DNA of 64,000 nucleotides, from the IMG/VR virus record IMGVR_UViG_3300009036_000501. One strand, written 5' to 3'. The notes beneath the pieces are model-generated. The model did no database searches. It was not told where the DNA came from and saw only the letters and a program-made list of their open reading frames with translations. The position numbers and the translations under genes are program-made. The stretch is from an uncultured virus (IMG/VR IMGVR_UViG_3300009036_000501). Its lineage: Duplodnaviria > Heunggongvirae > Uroviricota > Caudoviricetes. Of the stretch, positions 46,007 through 59,729 are shown piece after piece. How positions within the stretch are numbered: the stretch's first letter is position 1; each line of letters begins with the position of its first letter.

Positions 46007-46630
46007 ATGGGCTTGTTAAAAAGAACTTTCTGGGATGTAGTAGATTCTATGTTTAGGCCAAAGAAATATGCAAAAAGGAAAAAAGGGCGACAAAACGTGA
46101 AGAAAGGTCTGACTGGAGAAAAGATAACAGTCAAAGAATTGAAGTCCCTGGGTTTTGGGGACTGCACACTGCATGATATAATCATTAGGGATTCAAAGAC
46201 AGGAAAAATGGCTCAGTTGGATGTAGTCGTGGTCACCAGAGACGAGATAGCCATTATCGAGGTAAAGACCCAAAACTTCCATACAGTGAAGGGATCTGTG
46301 ACCAGTGAGGACTGGACACTTGTTTATGGAAAAGGATCGATGTTCAAATCTGGTAACATATACAGCCAAGTAGACAGACAACGAAAAGCCTTACGTAATG
46401 TGCTCAACAAGCACAATATAGCCTTGCCTATTAGGTCATATATTTTGGTGCGTAGTGACAATACTGTGAGAGTGCAGGTAGAGGGGCTTCAAGAGTCAGG
46501 AGTCCAATTAGTTCAGAGTGCACGTATGGCGGCACCAAGAGGAGACAAGAGACCACACAAACTCGCGCTAAGGGTTCTTGAAGATGAGAATAGAAAAAAC
46601 ACATTCGTACGACGATATCACAGCAAGTAG
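46007..46630 (+). CDS. NERD domain nuclease-like protein
   Basis: GxxGE...QLDVVVV...IEVK...QVDRQ. Confidence 0.75.
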   Translation: MGLLKRTFWDVVDSMFRPKKYAKRKKGRQNVKKGLTGEKITVKELKSLGFGDCTLHDIIIRDSKTGKMAQLDVVVVTRDEIAIIEVKTQNFHTVKGSVTSEDWTLVYGKGSMFKSGNIYSQVDRQRKALRNVLNKHNIALPIRSYILVRSDNTVRVQVEGLQESGVQLVQSARMAAPRGDKRPHKLALRVLEDENRKNTFVRRYHSK

Positions 46631-46649
46631 GTTAGATGGAGGAATAGAT

Positions 46650-47078
46650 ATGTATTATGAAGAGGTTTATGGAGACTTGTTGAAAGAAAATATGTCTGAG
46701 TTTTTCTTATGTCATACTGTCAGTGTTGATTGCGCAATGGGCGCCGGGATAGCACGAACCATAGTTTCCCGTTTTCCTGGTGTTCGTTCCTATTGTAAAT
46801 CCCTTGACCCCTCCATAGGGGATGTGATCCTGTTTGAGGGTGTATACAACTTATTCACTAAAAAGAACTTTTGGAATAAACCGACGCTAAGCAGTGTGGA
46901 AAAATCCTTGGTTACTTTGCGCAATACAATGGTGGCCTCTCAGCAGGCCAAGGTGGCCATGCCTCTAATCGGTTGTGGACTAGATAAGCTAGCGTGGAGG
47001 GATGTTTCTGCTATCATAAAAGAGGTATTCCAAGATACGGATATACATGTGCGTGTGTATCATTACCAAGTTAAGTGA
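46650..47078 (+). CDS. TARG1/DarG-like macrodomain protein
   Basis: GDLL, CHTVSVDCAMGAGIA, NLFTK, MPLIGCGLDKLAW. Confidence 0.88.
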   Translation: MYYEEVYGDLLKENMSEFFLCHTVSVDCAMGAGIARTIVSRFPGVRSYCKSLDPSIGDVILFEGVYNLFTKKNFWNKPTLSSVEKSLVTLRNTMVASQQAKVAMPLIGCGLDKLAWRDVSAIIKEVFQDTDIHVRVYHYQVK

Positions 47079-47487
47079 GGAATATGCAATGACAATGCCA
47101 TCAGGTAGAGGTGCTCCGATTAGCAAGTACGATAAATACATGGGGGAGGTAGAGCACATTAAGGTGTGCTCCTCCCAAGGGTGGCCGGCTTTAGATAGAA
47201 GGCTGTTGGAAGAGAACATGAAGCATCTCAATTTCGTCAAATGTCCACATACATACTCTTTTCATTTCACAGATAAGTGCAGTTATTATGTAGTAATATT
47301 TAGTGTCCGAGGAATGAAGTACCATGTTTGTTGCAGAATTTCCAAAACACGTACCGACCCAGAGTACTATGTTAATGGTACTCGTCTAGGCTCTGGCAAA
47401 AGGGACAAGTATGTGGTGGAAAGTATAGACAGCATCTTACGCCGAGTTCTGTATGCTGTCAGTAGACAAATAAATACACGTATATAA
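47047..47487 (+). CDS. Basic hypothetical protein
   Basis: ORF following macrodomain gene. Confidence 0.55.
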   Translation: MCVCIITKLSEEYAMTMPSGRGAPISKYDKYMGEVEHIKVCSSQGWPALDRRLLEENMKHLNFVKCPHTYSFHFTDKCSYYVVIFSVRGMKYHVCCRISKTRTDPEYYVNGTRLGSGKRDKYVVESIDSILRRVLYAVSRQINTRI

Positions 47488-47894
47488 TAAAAAGACCCCT
47501 TTGTATGTTTGGGGGTCTTTTTATTTGCTCTAGTTTTGTGTGTGTACCTCCTTTGGTTTATTAGTCCATAGCATTTTATGTCTCTCTGCATAATACAAAT
47601 ACTGCCTTGGGTTTATGACTAGCAGTTCCCATTCATAGTCGCATCCAGTGCCTTCATATGGCCCAACTAGAATACAACAATGGATAGAAAACAACTAGAC
47701 AGAAACTCTAGGTGTACCCGGATCATACAGAAATCCACTAATACATGGCTACACTCCTCTAGAATCTATCTTTACTCTTATTGTACAGTATGGACAGGCT
47801 AGTGGTCAATAGTCTTTGAACAAGAGGTGTGCAACTATTGACATGATATCTAGAGCAGGGTATAATAAAGTTAATCTATAAAGGAGGTATTTTT

Positions 47895-48917
47895 ATGCCA
47901 AAAAAATTAATGACAGTCGTAAAACATAGAGGATCCCAGTCTTTAACCGATGGGACTAACACATATTCGATACCAGACACCCAAACAGGGGTTGCCGAAC
48001 TAGATCAATTTTGGCTGGTTGAAATGCAAAATGGAGACGTGACAGCTCTCCTTTTGGAGACGTCAGAAGAAGGTGTTGTAGTATACGAAGGAGATCAATT
48101 GGTGCAGTACACTCTAGGCGAATCGATGACAGTGGATGACCAGCAAAACGTTGAATCGGAAGTCCGGGAAGAAATAGAAAGATCACAACGACTGCAAGAT
48201 CTGAACCAATCTGCCACGATACTTCGCGATGTGTCTGCCATTGGTCCATATGAGTATGTACTGGATTCAGGAAATGTGATCCATACAGACAGCAAAATCG
48301 TACAAGGTAACTTGGTGAAGACTTGTCCCGAGTATGACTTAGCATATGTGCTCCCAGTGGATCGGAAGATTTTAAAACAAATGGTAGAAACGAATTACCC
48401 AGTGTCTTACTCTGTTGAGCAGGGTATCGTTACCCTCATGGATGGTCATTCTATCCACATAAATGAGAACGATTTGATTGAGACCTTCCCAGATATTTCT
48501 GTTGTGGCCACACATGCAGGAGATATGGAGGTGACAGGAGTAATCTCAAGCAAATACATTAAAGGAAACCCTGAAGTTCATGTAGGAACACACTCAGGTG
48601 CATATGAGATAGACCCAAGGAATCATAAGCTAATCACCCCTGTCATGAGCTACAACATGCCGAACACCTTGGTTAATAAAACCTCCTATAACTTCGGAGC
48701 CGTGACATATGAAACTTTTGTACAAAGCGTAGCCAGCTATGTGGATAGTGTCGCAGAATACTACACTTGGGAGGATATAGAAGATACATTGTTGCAAGAA
48801 TACACAAACTTCGATGGACAACCTATAACATTAAATGTGTATGATAGGCTGGATATTTTAGAGGCACTGAAAGTAGAACAAGAGGCCTCCCAAACTCCCA
48901 CCATACGAGGCATATAA
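47895..48917 (+). CDS. Acidic hypothetical protein
   Basis: 340-aa ORF, consensus TTGACA/TATAAT promoter and AAGGAGGT RBS. Confidence 0.75.
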   Translation: MPKKLMTVVKHRGSQSLTDGTNTYSIPDTQTGVAELDQFWLVEMQNGDVTALLLETSEEGVVVYEGDQLVQYTLGESMTVDDQQNVESEVREEIERSQRLQDLNQSATILRDVSAIGPYEYVLDSGNVIHTDSKIVQGNLVKTCPEYDLAYVLPVDRKILKQMVETNYPVSYSVEQGIVTLMDGHSIHINENDLIETFPDISVVATHAGDMEVTGVISSKYIKGNPEVHVGTHSGAYEIDPRNHKLITPVMSYNMPNTLVNKTSYNFGAVTYETFVQSVASYVDSVAEYYTWEDIEDTLLQEYTNFDGQPITLNVYDRLDILEALKVEQEASQTPTIRGI

Positions 48918-48948
48918 AAAAGAGGGTCCCAGATGGGACCCTTTTTTT

Positions 48949-51390
48949 TTATTCATCTTCAGAGACAATGGTAGAAACAGTAACAACTTTTGAGTTACCG
49001 CCAAGTTGTATCAATCTAACGCCTTGGGCATAACGACTGTATTCGGTGATTCCTTCAATCGGTTGTCGGTTGATTTCGCCACCACCTGTGACGATTACAA
49101 TCTCATCATCAGAGTGTACGACTTTCAGACCCACCAGAGCTCCTTTTGAATTTTCTGTGTGGGTGGTTCGAATTCCACGTCCACCGTGTCTTTGCAGTCT
49201 GTAGTCACTTAATTCAACTAGTTTTCCGAACCCGTCTGCAGTAACGACCACGATCTTATCCTTGTTGGTGTTAGGTGACAAGATATCTGCGTCGACTACA
49301 CTATCTCCGATGTTCAAGTATATGCCTAGCACGCCATAAGAATCTCTAGGCATAGGGTCTAGCCATGCTTCTGGGAATCGGATAGCATTACCTTCGCCAG
49401 TACATAACAAAACCTCTTCCTCCTTGCGCAATGGCAAAACTGTCTTGATAGTGTCTCCCTCACGTATATTCATCGCATTGAGACCTGTTTTAGTGATGTT
49501 GTCAAAGTCGGAAATGCTGATTTTTTTGATATAACCTTTAGTTGTCACAAGCAACACGTAATCAACCTCAGGTGTGATAGGCACGATGGCTTGTATCTTG
49601 TCCTTCATCTCTCGTTCCAAGAGACTACCTATCTGCGTACCTCGTGAAGATTTAGATCTATCAGGGATCTCGTAAATCTTCAATTTGTACGACATGCCTG
49701 CACTAGTGAACAGCAGAACTGAATCACGTGTAGAAGCATTGAAGATTTGTGTCACAAAATCTTCGTCTTGTAGCTTTGTCATCGCACGTCCCTTGTGACC
49801 GCGCTTCTGTTTTACAATGCCTGACTCCAGGGATCTCTTGATATATCCTCCATGAGTCACTGAAACCAACACTTTTTCATCTGGAATGGTCTCCAAAATC
49901 TCCTCTTCCGTAGATGTTTTTTTCTTAGTTGTGATTTCAGTCCTACGCGCATCGCCGTAACGATTGCAGAATTCATCTAGTTCTTCCCTAATTACTGCCA
50001 ACACATTTTGTCTGCTAGACAGAATATGGGTATATGTTTGTTCTAAATTTCTTTTATCTGTCATTTCTTGAACAAGTTTGTCTTTTTCCATGCCTGTCAA
50101 ACGAGCAAGACGCAGATCGACAATAGCTTGTGCTTGTTCATCGCTGTAGCCATATGCACTCTTCAGATTTGTTTTTGCTGCATCTGTATTAGCAGAACCC
50201 TTGATCCGTTGAATGACATCATCGACGTTTTGCTGAGCAGACAACAAACCTTCCAAGATGTGTATACGTGCACGTACATTTGCCAAATTAAAGTGAGTAC
50301 GGCGGGTTACTACTTCCGCTTGGTGGTCAAGGTATGCTTGCACCAGGTGCTTCAAGTCTACAACCATAGGACGACCTTTGTCCAGTACCAAGAATTTAGA
50401 CGAGAATGTGGTTCTCATGCTAGTGGACCGCATGAGTTGCTCAACAATGACGTTGACATGGGCATCACGTTTCAATTCAATTACCACTCGGATACCGGCT
50501 TTGTCTGATTCATCTCGCAGATCTGTAATACCTTCTACCTTCTTTTCCCGAACCAGTTCAGCAATCTTTGTAATCAACGATGCCTTGTTACACATGTATG
50601 GAAGTTCTGTCAATACGATGTTGGTTTTGCCACCTTTGAGTTCCTCTGTTGTCCACCGAGCCTCAATGATGACGTTACCTGTACCACTCTTGTAGATGGA
50701 TTCCAAAGCGTCTCCGTTTGTTACAATCGCCGCAGTAGGGAAGTCTGGTCCACTTATGTAGCGTAATAGGTCATCTACAGTGTATTCTTCGTTACTGTCG
50801 ATGGCATGGAAGATGGCACCTTTTACTTCATTCAGATTGTGTGGGAACATGTTTGTGGCCATACCGACTGCGATACCTTGCACACCATTTACTAGCAAGT
50901 TTGGAAGACGGGCAGGCAACACAACAGGTTCATGCTCCTCACCATCATAGTTAGGAACCATATCGATGGTGTCCTTATTCATATCCTTCATCATTTCAAG
51001 TGCGAGAGGTGACATACGAACCTCAGTATACCTCATAGCAGCCGCAGAATCGCCATCAATGGAGCCAAAGTTACCATGTCCATCTACGAAAGGATAACGG
51101 AGGGAAAATGGCTGAGCCATACGGACCATAGTACCATATACTGCAGAATCACCGTGCGGGTGGTACTTACCGATTACTTCTCCTACAATCCTCGCTGATT
51201 TTTTGTGGGGTTTGTCAGGAGTTATTCCGAGTTCACTCAATGCAAATAATACACGGCGGTGAACTGGTTTGAGTCCATCACGTATATCTGGCAACGCCCG
51301 ACTAGCGATTACACTCATAGCATATTCTAGAAATGAAGATCGGACTTCCTCAACGATATCTAAATCAATCACGTTACTTTTTAAAGTCAT
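48949..51390 (-). CDS. gyrA: DNA gyrase subunit A
   Basis: [27 protein letters not shown], GyrA-box-like QKRGHKG. Confidence 0.95.
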   Translation of the reverse strand: MTLKSNVIDLDIVEEVRSSFLEYAMSVIASRALPDIRDGLKPVHRRVLFALSELGITPDKPHKKSARIVGEVIGKYHPHGDSAVYGTMVRMAQPFSLRYPFVDGHGNFGSIDGDSAAAMRYTEVRMSPLALEMMKDMNKDTIDMVPNYDGEEHEPVVLPARLPNLLVNGVQGIAVGMATNMFPHNLNEVKGAIFHAIDSNEEYTVDDLLRYISGPDFPTAAIVTNGDALESIYKSGTGNVIIEARWTTEELKGGKTNIVLTELPYMCNKASLITKIAELVREKKVEGITDLRDESDKAGIRVVIELKRDAHVNVIVEQLMRSTSMRTTFSSKFLVLDKGRPMVVDLKHLVQAYLDHQAEVVTRRTHFNLANVRARIHILEGLLSAQQNVDDVIQRIKGSANTDAAKTNLKSAYGYSDEQAQAIVDLRLARLTGMEKDKLVQEMTDKRNLEQTYTHILSSRQNVLAVIREELDEFCNRYGDARRTEITTKKKTSTEEEILETIPDEKVLVSVTHGGYIKRSLESGIVKQKRGHKGRAMTKLQDEDFVTQIFNASTRDSVLLFTSAGMSYKLKIYEIPDRSKSSRGTQIGSLLEREMKDKIQAIVPITPEVDYVLLVTTKGYIKKISISDFDNITKTGLNAMNIREGDTIKTVLPLRKEEEVLLCTGEGNAIRFPEAWLDPMPRDSYGVLGIYLNIGDSVVDADILSPNTNKDKIVVVTADGFGKLVELSDYRLQRHGGRGIRTTHTENSKGALVGLKVVHSDDEIVIVTGGGEINRQPIEGITEYSRYAQGVRLIQLGGNSKVVTVSTIVSEDE

Positions 51391-51518
51391 ACTTTATCCT
51401 CCCCAAGCATAGTTAAACATATCTTAATTATAGCACTAGCATGTGTATACTGTCAACATATATACATGCTAGTATTGCCTCGCATATCCCACCAATGGTA
51501 TAATTATAAAAACATTAT

Positions 51519-51914
51519 GTGGAGGTCGTATGCATGCGTAGTAGTTTAAATCGTGTAAGGCGTATAAGCCATGAATATCCTGAATCTGATAAAAAAGGAC
51601 CACCAGTGCAACACAAACGTTCCACCACCATCATATTCATCCTATCTCTCATTGTTCTGTTAATAGGTACATATGTTTGGTCTGTAAATAGGACCACCTA
51701 TGAGAACATACGCATAAAAGAGAAAAAGATCGTAGAAATTATAAATAACAAGGAGTTAACAACTAATCATGTTTGGATGGTGGAAATGGAAAGCAGTGTG
51801 TTGGGCAATAGGACAGAGCTTGTTGTAGATGAAAAATTATTTGACCGTTATTCAGTGGGTAAATCCCTGAATGTAGAGTTGAAAAATGGTCATGTATTGA
51901 CTGCAACAGAGTAG
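51519..51914 (+). CDS. Membrane-anchored hypothetical protein
   Basis: Single TM helix. Confidence 0.6.
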   Translation: MEVVCMRSSLNRVRRISHEYPESDKKGPPVQHKRSTTIIFILSLIVLLIGTYVWSVNRTTYENIRIKEKKIVEIINNKELTTNHVWMVEMESSVLGNRTELVVDEKLFDRYSVGKSLNVELKNGHVLTATE

Positions 51915-51936
51915 TTAAGGAGCCTCAGCTCCTATG

Positions 51937-52419
51937 TCACTTGCGTGAATATATGGTAAATGTGTGTGGGAGGGTATTTCTTGCATCCAAGATCCCTTCC
52001 ACTTTTTGTATTTCATTCCAGTCATCGAAATTGACGACAGGAAAGAAGGTATCTCCTTTGAAGGATGCGTTGATCTGCGTGATGTATAAACGATCTGCAT
52101 ATGGTAGAAACAGTGAATACACCTGTGCTCCCCCAATTATAAATACTTCTTCTTCCGAACTGCGTAATGCGTCCAGCAAAAGAGCGAAATCGCTATATAG
52201 CTGCACACCTTCTATATTAACACTTGTGCTAGACAGAACAATGTTCTCTCTCCTTGGCAGAGGTTTACCTAAGGAGAGGAATGTGTTTTTTCCCATAACA
52301 ACCTTTTTACCCAGCGTTACATCCCGGAAATACTTTAGATCCCCCGGTAGATGCCAAGGCATTTTATTTTGCAACCCGATCACACCATTGTTATCCATGC
52401 ATGCGATAAGTGATATCAT
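51937..52419 (-). CDS. dfrA: Dihydrofolate reductase
   Basis: MPWHLPGDL, MGKNTF, PLPRREN, IIGGAQVY, GDTFFP. Confidence 0.95.
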   Translation of the reverse strand: MISLIACMDNNGVIGLQNKMPWHLPGDLKYFRDVTLGKKVVMGKNTFLSLGKPLPRRENIVLSSTSVNIEGVQLYSDFALLLDALRSSEEEVFIIGGAQVYSLFLPYADRLYITQINASFKGDTFFPVVNFDDWNEIQKVEGILDARNTLPHTFTIYSRK

Positions 52420-52423
52420 ATGC

Positions 52424-53392
52424 CTACACCGCAACAGGGCCACGGATGGCAGGGTGATGTGTGTAGTTGTGAAGCGTGATATCATTGACCGAAAAGTCAA
52501 ATATGGACTGCACAGACTCATTTAATTCTATGGTTGGTAAAGCATAGGGTTCTCTCTCTAATTGTGTTTGTATTTGGTCCAAGTGATTTACATATATGTG
52601 TGCATCGTTTATATTGTGCACGAATTCACCTACCTGAAGACCTACATGTCGTGCAATCATGTGTGTTAGAAGCGCATATGATGCTATATTGAAAGGTACT
52701 CCTAGAAATACATCTCCACTACGCTGTTCTAGTAGACACGACAACTTTCCATCTGCAACATAAAATTGAAACGATTTGTGACATGGAGGAAGGGCCATTT
52801 TGTCTACATCACCTGGATTCCAAGCATCTACAATGTTGCGTCGAGAATTAGGATCCTTCATCAGCATATCCAGAGATGTTTGGAGTTGATCAATGTATTC
52901 TACTTGTTGAGTATCATTGTTGAAATGCCTTCTTTTTCTCCACTGGGCACCATAGACCTCTCCAAGTTCTCCCCATCGAGCAGCAAAATCTGCGTCAGTT
53001 AGTATTCGTTTTTCAAATTTCTTTTTTTCACCTTGGACAATCGCAGCAAAGGCTGGATCAGACAAACGAAGACCGTAGTTTGTCATGTCTGGACCTATAT
53101 ACTCGGGGCTCTGGGTGTATTTTGCAAAAGGCCAGTCTGTCCATATCGGGTTATTATGTTCGAGAAGATACCGAATGTTGGTATCACCTTTAATAAACCA
53201 AAGTAGTTCCGTCAGTATATTGGGGAAGTACACCCTCTTGGTAGTGAGTAAAGGGAACCCTTTCGTGAGATCAAACCGCATTTGATGTCCAAACACAGAC
53301 AATGTGCCCACACCAGTTCTGTCTCCTTTACGATTCCCTTCAGCCAATATGCGGTTACATAAATTGAAATATTCTAAGTCTGCTTGATTCAT
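52424..53392 (-). CDS. thyA: Thymidylate synthase
   Basis: DRTGVGT, MALPPCH, QRSGDVFLGVPFNIASY. Confidence 0.95.
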   Translation of the reverse strand: MNQADLEYFNLCNRILAEGNRKGDRTGVGTLSVFGHQMRFDLTKGFPLLTTKRVYFPNILTELLWFIKGDTNIRYLLEHNNPIWTDWPFAKYTQSPEYIGPDMTNYGLRLSDPAFAAIVQGEKKKFEKRILTDADFAARWGELGEVYGAQWRKRRHFNNDTQQVEYIDQLQTSLDMLMKDPNSRRNIVDAWNPGDVDKMALPPCHKSFQFYVADGKLSCLLEQRSGDVFLGVPFNIASYALLTHMIARHVGLQVGEFVHNINDAHIYVNHLDQIQTQLEREPYALPTIELNESVQSIFDFSVNDITLHNYTHHPAIRGPVAV

Positions 53393-53601
53393 TTGTACCT
53401 CCATATATATGTGATGTAAATTACATACTGTATTATATCACTACTATTCTGTATGTGTCAACTAGTCGACTATATATATGAGCGATAGCACTTTGCCAGA
53501 CGATTAGGACAAACATTCTATTGACACATATAATGTATGTTGAGTTATAATGTACATACATGAGATACACATACCACGAATATCGGAAGGGGTTCAATAC
53601 C

Positions 53602-53973
53602 ATGGAAACAGGACAAACTATTTTTTATTCATTCCCATCTTGCAATCACTCGCGTCAAGTACGAGAATGGCTGAAAGTAAATAAGGTAGGTTACGTAGAA
53701 CGTAAAGTATTGCGGGAGCCTATTGGCAGGGAAGAAATACTTGGGATTCTGCGGTTAACTACAGAAGGTTTTGATGAGATTGTTTCGGAGAAAAATTTTA
53801 ACAGCGGAGACATCGCCGAGTCTATGGAAGACTTGAAAATCAGTCAGCTGATGGACTTCATTTGTGAGAACCCTAGTCTTCTGAAAAAGCCTATCCTCAT
53901 TTACGAAGGCAAACTAGTAATCGGGTGGAATAAAAATAAATATAGAGAGATTTCAATGTCTATGAATAAATAA
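53602..53973 (+). CDS. Spx/MgsR family regulator
   Basis: PSCNHSR..WL, TTEGFDEIVS, NPSLLKKPI. Confidence 0.8.
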   Translation: METGQTIFYSFPSCNHSRQVREWLKVNKVGYVERKVLREPIGREEILGILRLTTEGFDEIVSEKNFNSGDIAESMEDLKISQLMDFICENPSLLKKPILIYEGKLVIGWNKNKYREISMSMNK

Positions 53974-53991
53974 GACCTCCATTAGGAGGTC

Positions 53992-54255
53992 TTATTTATT
54001 TTCTACGATCAGCTTGATCATTGTCTTATCTTCCCCATCCAACTCTATGTCCATAAAAGCTGGTGTAATCACTAGGTTATACCCACTTGGAGCGACATAT
54101 CCTCTAGCTATAGCTACCGCTTTTATTGCCTGGTTTATTGACCCTGCCCCAATCACATGTATCTCCACATACTTATTTGTTGTGAATTCTCCAGCTATTG
54201 CTTTTGCCACATTATTAGGATTAGATTTTGCTGAAACTTTTAGTATGCTGGACAT
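53992..54255 (-). CDS. spoVS: Stage V sporulation protein S
   Basis: LKVSAKSNP..VA.AIAG, IGAGSINQAIKAVAIARG. Confidence 0.92.
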   Translation of the reverse strand: MSSILKVSAKSNPNNVAKAIAGEFTTNKYVEIHVIGAGSINQAIKAVAIARGYVAPSGYNLVITPAFMDIELDGEDKTMIKLIVENK

Positions 54256-54330
54256 AAGAAATCCCCCTATGCTATGTTTTAAATTCAAACTAATTATAGC
54301 ACAGGGGGATGTAATTGTCAAGGATGTGGA

Positions 54331-56274
<1,944 letters not shown>

Positions 56275-56336
56275 TCATTAATATATGAATTATATCATAC
56301 ATACAACAGGGTAGTCAAGGGATATGAGGGCCACAT

Positions 56337-56540
56337 TTATTTTTTCCCTTCGCCCATAATGGATAGTATGATGGCGATAAACAATATGCCTATCGCGAAC
56401 ATAGGCCCTGCTTGGCCTATCATCTCTTGGGCTTGCGCCTTTGCGTCTGCGAAAGCTGCGCCCCCCACCATGTATATTACGTAACCAATTATGCCAAGAA
56501 AGATGGCGATATATATGACCTTAATAATGAACTTTAGCAT
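56337..56540 (-). CDS. Small two-TM membrane protein
   Basis: GAGGAGG RBS, hydrophobic. Confidence 0.6.
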   Translation of the reverse strand: MLKFIIKVIYIAIFLGIIGYVIYMVGGAAFADAKAQAQEMIGQAGPMFAIGILFIAIILSIMGEGKK

Positions 56541-56705
56541 ATTACATCCTCCTCTCAGTCATTATTATTGCTCGTTCCTTTACATTTATTCTATACCTCA
56601 AATGATAAACTGTCAATAATTCATGTGAATGGTGTGGTCGAATTCTTGACTCATACATCAAACTGTGCTATAATAGTGCTATTAGAATGTTGGGGAGGTG
56701 TATAC

Positions 56706-56978
56706 ATGAAACCAAGACACTTGTCACCAGGGCTTGAAGAAAAAGAGAGAGTGTTCGTTGACTCTATTCGTGAGGGTGTCGAGAATTACGATCGGCTAGT
56801 CAAGGATGAGATGGTTATAGACATCGATATGGCCTCTTGGCGTGAGCATTGTTATGATAAACTAGGTATCCGGGCAAAGCAGGAGGGTCGTAAAAAGTCT
56901 GCAAATCCCATTTTTGATACGATAAATTCAATCGATCGTACGTATCAGGCCGAGAAAGAATATGATGTAAAACGATAA
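56706..56978 (+). CDS. Hypothetical protein
   Basis: GGAGG RBS, promoter upstream. Confidence 0.55.
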   Translation: MKPRHLSPGLEEKERVFVDSIREGVENYDRLVKDEMVIDIDMASWREHCYDKLGIRAKQEGRKKSANPIFDTINSIDRTYQAEKEYDVKR

Positions 56979-56992
56979 AGCAGGATAATGAG

Positions 56993-58117
56993 GTGCTGTC
57001 TAAGATGTGGGAGCTATTGAAAAAGTTATTGTCGCGATTGAGAAAGAGTCAGGGTCCTGAAGTGAAAGGGACAAAACAATCTTTTGCCGTTGTCACACCT
57101 ATGAAGCCTAAAACGTATATGGAAATACAAGAAATTTCAGAAACTTTCCATGACATCATGTTAAAGACAGCTCGTTTCATTAAGGTTAACAGTAATCTCA
57201 TGCCTTTGACAGGTATAAGTCACAGTGATATGCAGTTTCTATCTGGTATACCCACCACATCTTTACTAAGTATGTCTGGGATCTTACGATTTGGTGTGAA
57301 TAGAGACGACCATCCACGTATTCTTGACTTCAGACCTGGGGGATTACTAGAATTCGTAAACGTCTCTACAGCAAATAGTAAGTTTTGCAGCTCTAAGATG
57401 CTGGAATCCTCGTGCATGGAGCCAGAGATGTTGCTAAGCAGCTGGTTCAGACATGTGGTGAATGGGTACAAGCGATACCTGCCGGTACATAATTGCGCCC
57501 TGATAACTACATCCGAAGAAGAGTTGAACATACTCACACCCATATGTAAAAAGGTAGGGCTGCATATCGCTTGCACTAGTTTGGATAATGTGACTGTGAA
57601 GGATAATCATGAGTTATACTACAAGAAAGAGAAGATAGATATCATCATTAGGACGTCTTCTTTTTATGAAATGACAGGCAGGCGAGACATTCTGCATGAT
57701 ATTCTAGAAGTGATGAGAGCAAGGAATATAATCACCATAAATCCTATAGAAGAGTTTATAGCAAACTCACGATCCCTTCATGCAATTGCATGGCATCTAC
57801 ATGAAACCAATCAATTCTACACCCTTGAGGAACACGCATTCATAGACAAGTACATGATTCCCACATATATCATCCCAAGAGAAGACGGTCCCTTGTGGCT
57901 GCTCCAGTACTTTGGAGATGATGTAACCCGTGTAAATAACTTGGAGGATCTGCCAGATGATATGCTAGAAGACGGAGAACTGGTTTTCCAGTATAGAGGC
58001 GTACATGATTACACGCAGTACATTGAAGCGTATCTTATAGGTAACAAATCCGCTGGGTGTGTATATGTCTCAGCTGAGGGCGACCACGAATACACATTTC
58101 TTACGGGAAATAAATAA
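56993..58117 (+). CDS. Divergent glutathionylspermidine-synthase-like ATP-grasp protein
   Basis: INP...IANSRSLHAIAW.L.E....YTLEEH.FI.KYMIPTY resembles the family; catalytic residues look eroded. Confidence 0.55.
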   Translation: MLSKMWELLKKLLSRLRKSQGPEVKGTKQSFAVVTPMKPKTYMEIQEISETFHDIMLKTARFIKVNSNLMPLTGISHSDMQFLSGIPTTSLLSMSGILRFGVNRDDHPRILDFRPGGLLEFVNVSTANSKFCSSKMLESSCMEPEMLLSSWFRHVVNGYKRYLPVHNCALITTSEEELNILTPICKKVGLHIACTSLDNVTVKDNHELYYKKEKIDIIIRTSSFYEMTGRRDILHDILEVMRARNIITINPIEEFIANSRSLHAIAWHLHETNQFYTLEEHAFIDKYMIPTYIIPREDGPLWLLQYFGDDVTRVNNLEDLPDDMLEDGELVFQYRGVHDYTQYIEAYLIGNKSAGCVYVSAEGDHEYTFLTGNK

Positions 58118-58151
58118 GGAGAGAATGCATTGCATTCTCTCCTTATTTTTG

Positions 58152-59587
58152 TTATTTAATGTTTGAAAATCTATCCACCGCTTCTTTAGACAGCTTGGAT
58201 CTTACACAGTCTTTTTCTGTGAGGGTGACCTGTATGCAAAGTGGTGATCCCTTCATCATTTCTGAGGCTACCGACAACCCGTTCGTACGCTCATCTAGGT
58301 ACGGATGGTCGATTTGCTCCGGATCGCCACACAAAATGATCTTAGTGCCTTCTCCTGCTCGCGTGATTATACCCTTGATTTGACTGGCTGTAGCATTTTG
58401 GGCTTCGTCAATGATCAGGTATTGGTTCGAGATACTACGTCCACGCAAGAAGCCTACAGATTGGGCACTTATAATTCCTGTTTTGAAGTACTCATCGACT
58501 TTTTCCTTCATAGTTTCCGTCTTTTTCAACTGCTCTTTTTCCTTAGTCTTCGCCTTGCTATTCAAAATGACTTCGAGATTGTCTTGTACAGGACGCATGT
58601 AGGGGTCCAACTTTTCTCCTTCTCCACCAGGAAGGAAGCCTAAGTCTTCACCCATTGTCACTGCGGGTCTGCAGATTAACAATTTTCTGTACGACTTGTC
58701 TTCTTTAGGATCATATCCAGCAAATTCCATTGTTTGCTCAAGCCCAACAGCTAAAGCCATCAAGGTCTTGGCTGTACCTGCGGGTCCCTTGAATATCACC
58801 AAAGGGACTTCGGAAGCAGGCTGTTCTAGAGCATGCATCATGATACGCTGTGAAGTGTTTTTTGGTGAAATGCTTGAAGCGCTCATGTTGTAAAAGGAAT
58901 GGCCCATGAACTTAAATTGTTGCCATCCCATTTAGCAACGGCCACTTTCTGGGGATCCTCAACCGGTTGGAACACGATGAATTCATTCTTTAACAATGTA
59001 GACTCATCCACATATGACCCAAAGTGTCCTGCACCCACATCCAAATCATCAGTGTAAATATCTGGAATCAAATGTGCAGGTACAGAAATGTATACTACAC
59101 CTTTGTACTGATCTTCAAGTTTCGATACTTGTTTCTTTTCAAATACTTGGCACTCTATGTTTAATGCTTCCGCTTTGATTTTGAGCAATCTATCATGCGT
59201 GATGAGAATGACCGGTGTTTCTGCTGTTGATGCATCCTCTTTAGTTCCTTTGCATACTTGCAAAATACGATTGTCATTTGGGGCATGATTCCAAGTTTGA
59301 GGTAGCTCGGTATTCATGTGGTTCAATTCTATCTTGATAACACCACCACCAGGCGTTGGCAGTCCATTAAACAATGAGAACCCTTTCCCCCTGCCATCCT
59401 CAATCAGGTTATCCAAGATACGGGTTGCTTCGCGTGAATTATATCCAGTCTCATCTTTTTTATCTTTCTTGCCATCAAGCTCGTCCAATACAACCTCAGG
59501 TAGCACAATAGTGTTGTCTTGGAGTGACAAAAGAATGTGAGGATCATTTAGAATGGCGCTTGTATCAAGTACGTATATTTTTTTCAC
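58152..59587 (-). pseudogene. PIN-PhoH (PhoH2-like) protein split by a frameshift near 58915
   Basis: PIN part (VLDTS, VLDELD, NDNRIL) in 58883-59587; PhoH part (GPAGTAKT, RGRS, DEAQN, GDPEQID) in overlapping frame 58152-58931. Confidence 0.8.
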
Positions 59588-59729
59588 GTCAATACCCCCT
59601 GTATTCTATTACATCCACATCTTATCACTTAACATGTGTGTTGGTCAATTATTGTATGCGCGTCTGTCGGTTGACAAACAGTCTGTACATAATGTATACT
59701 TTTCTTAAAACACCTAGGAGGAATATACT

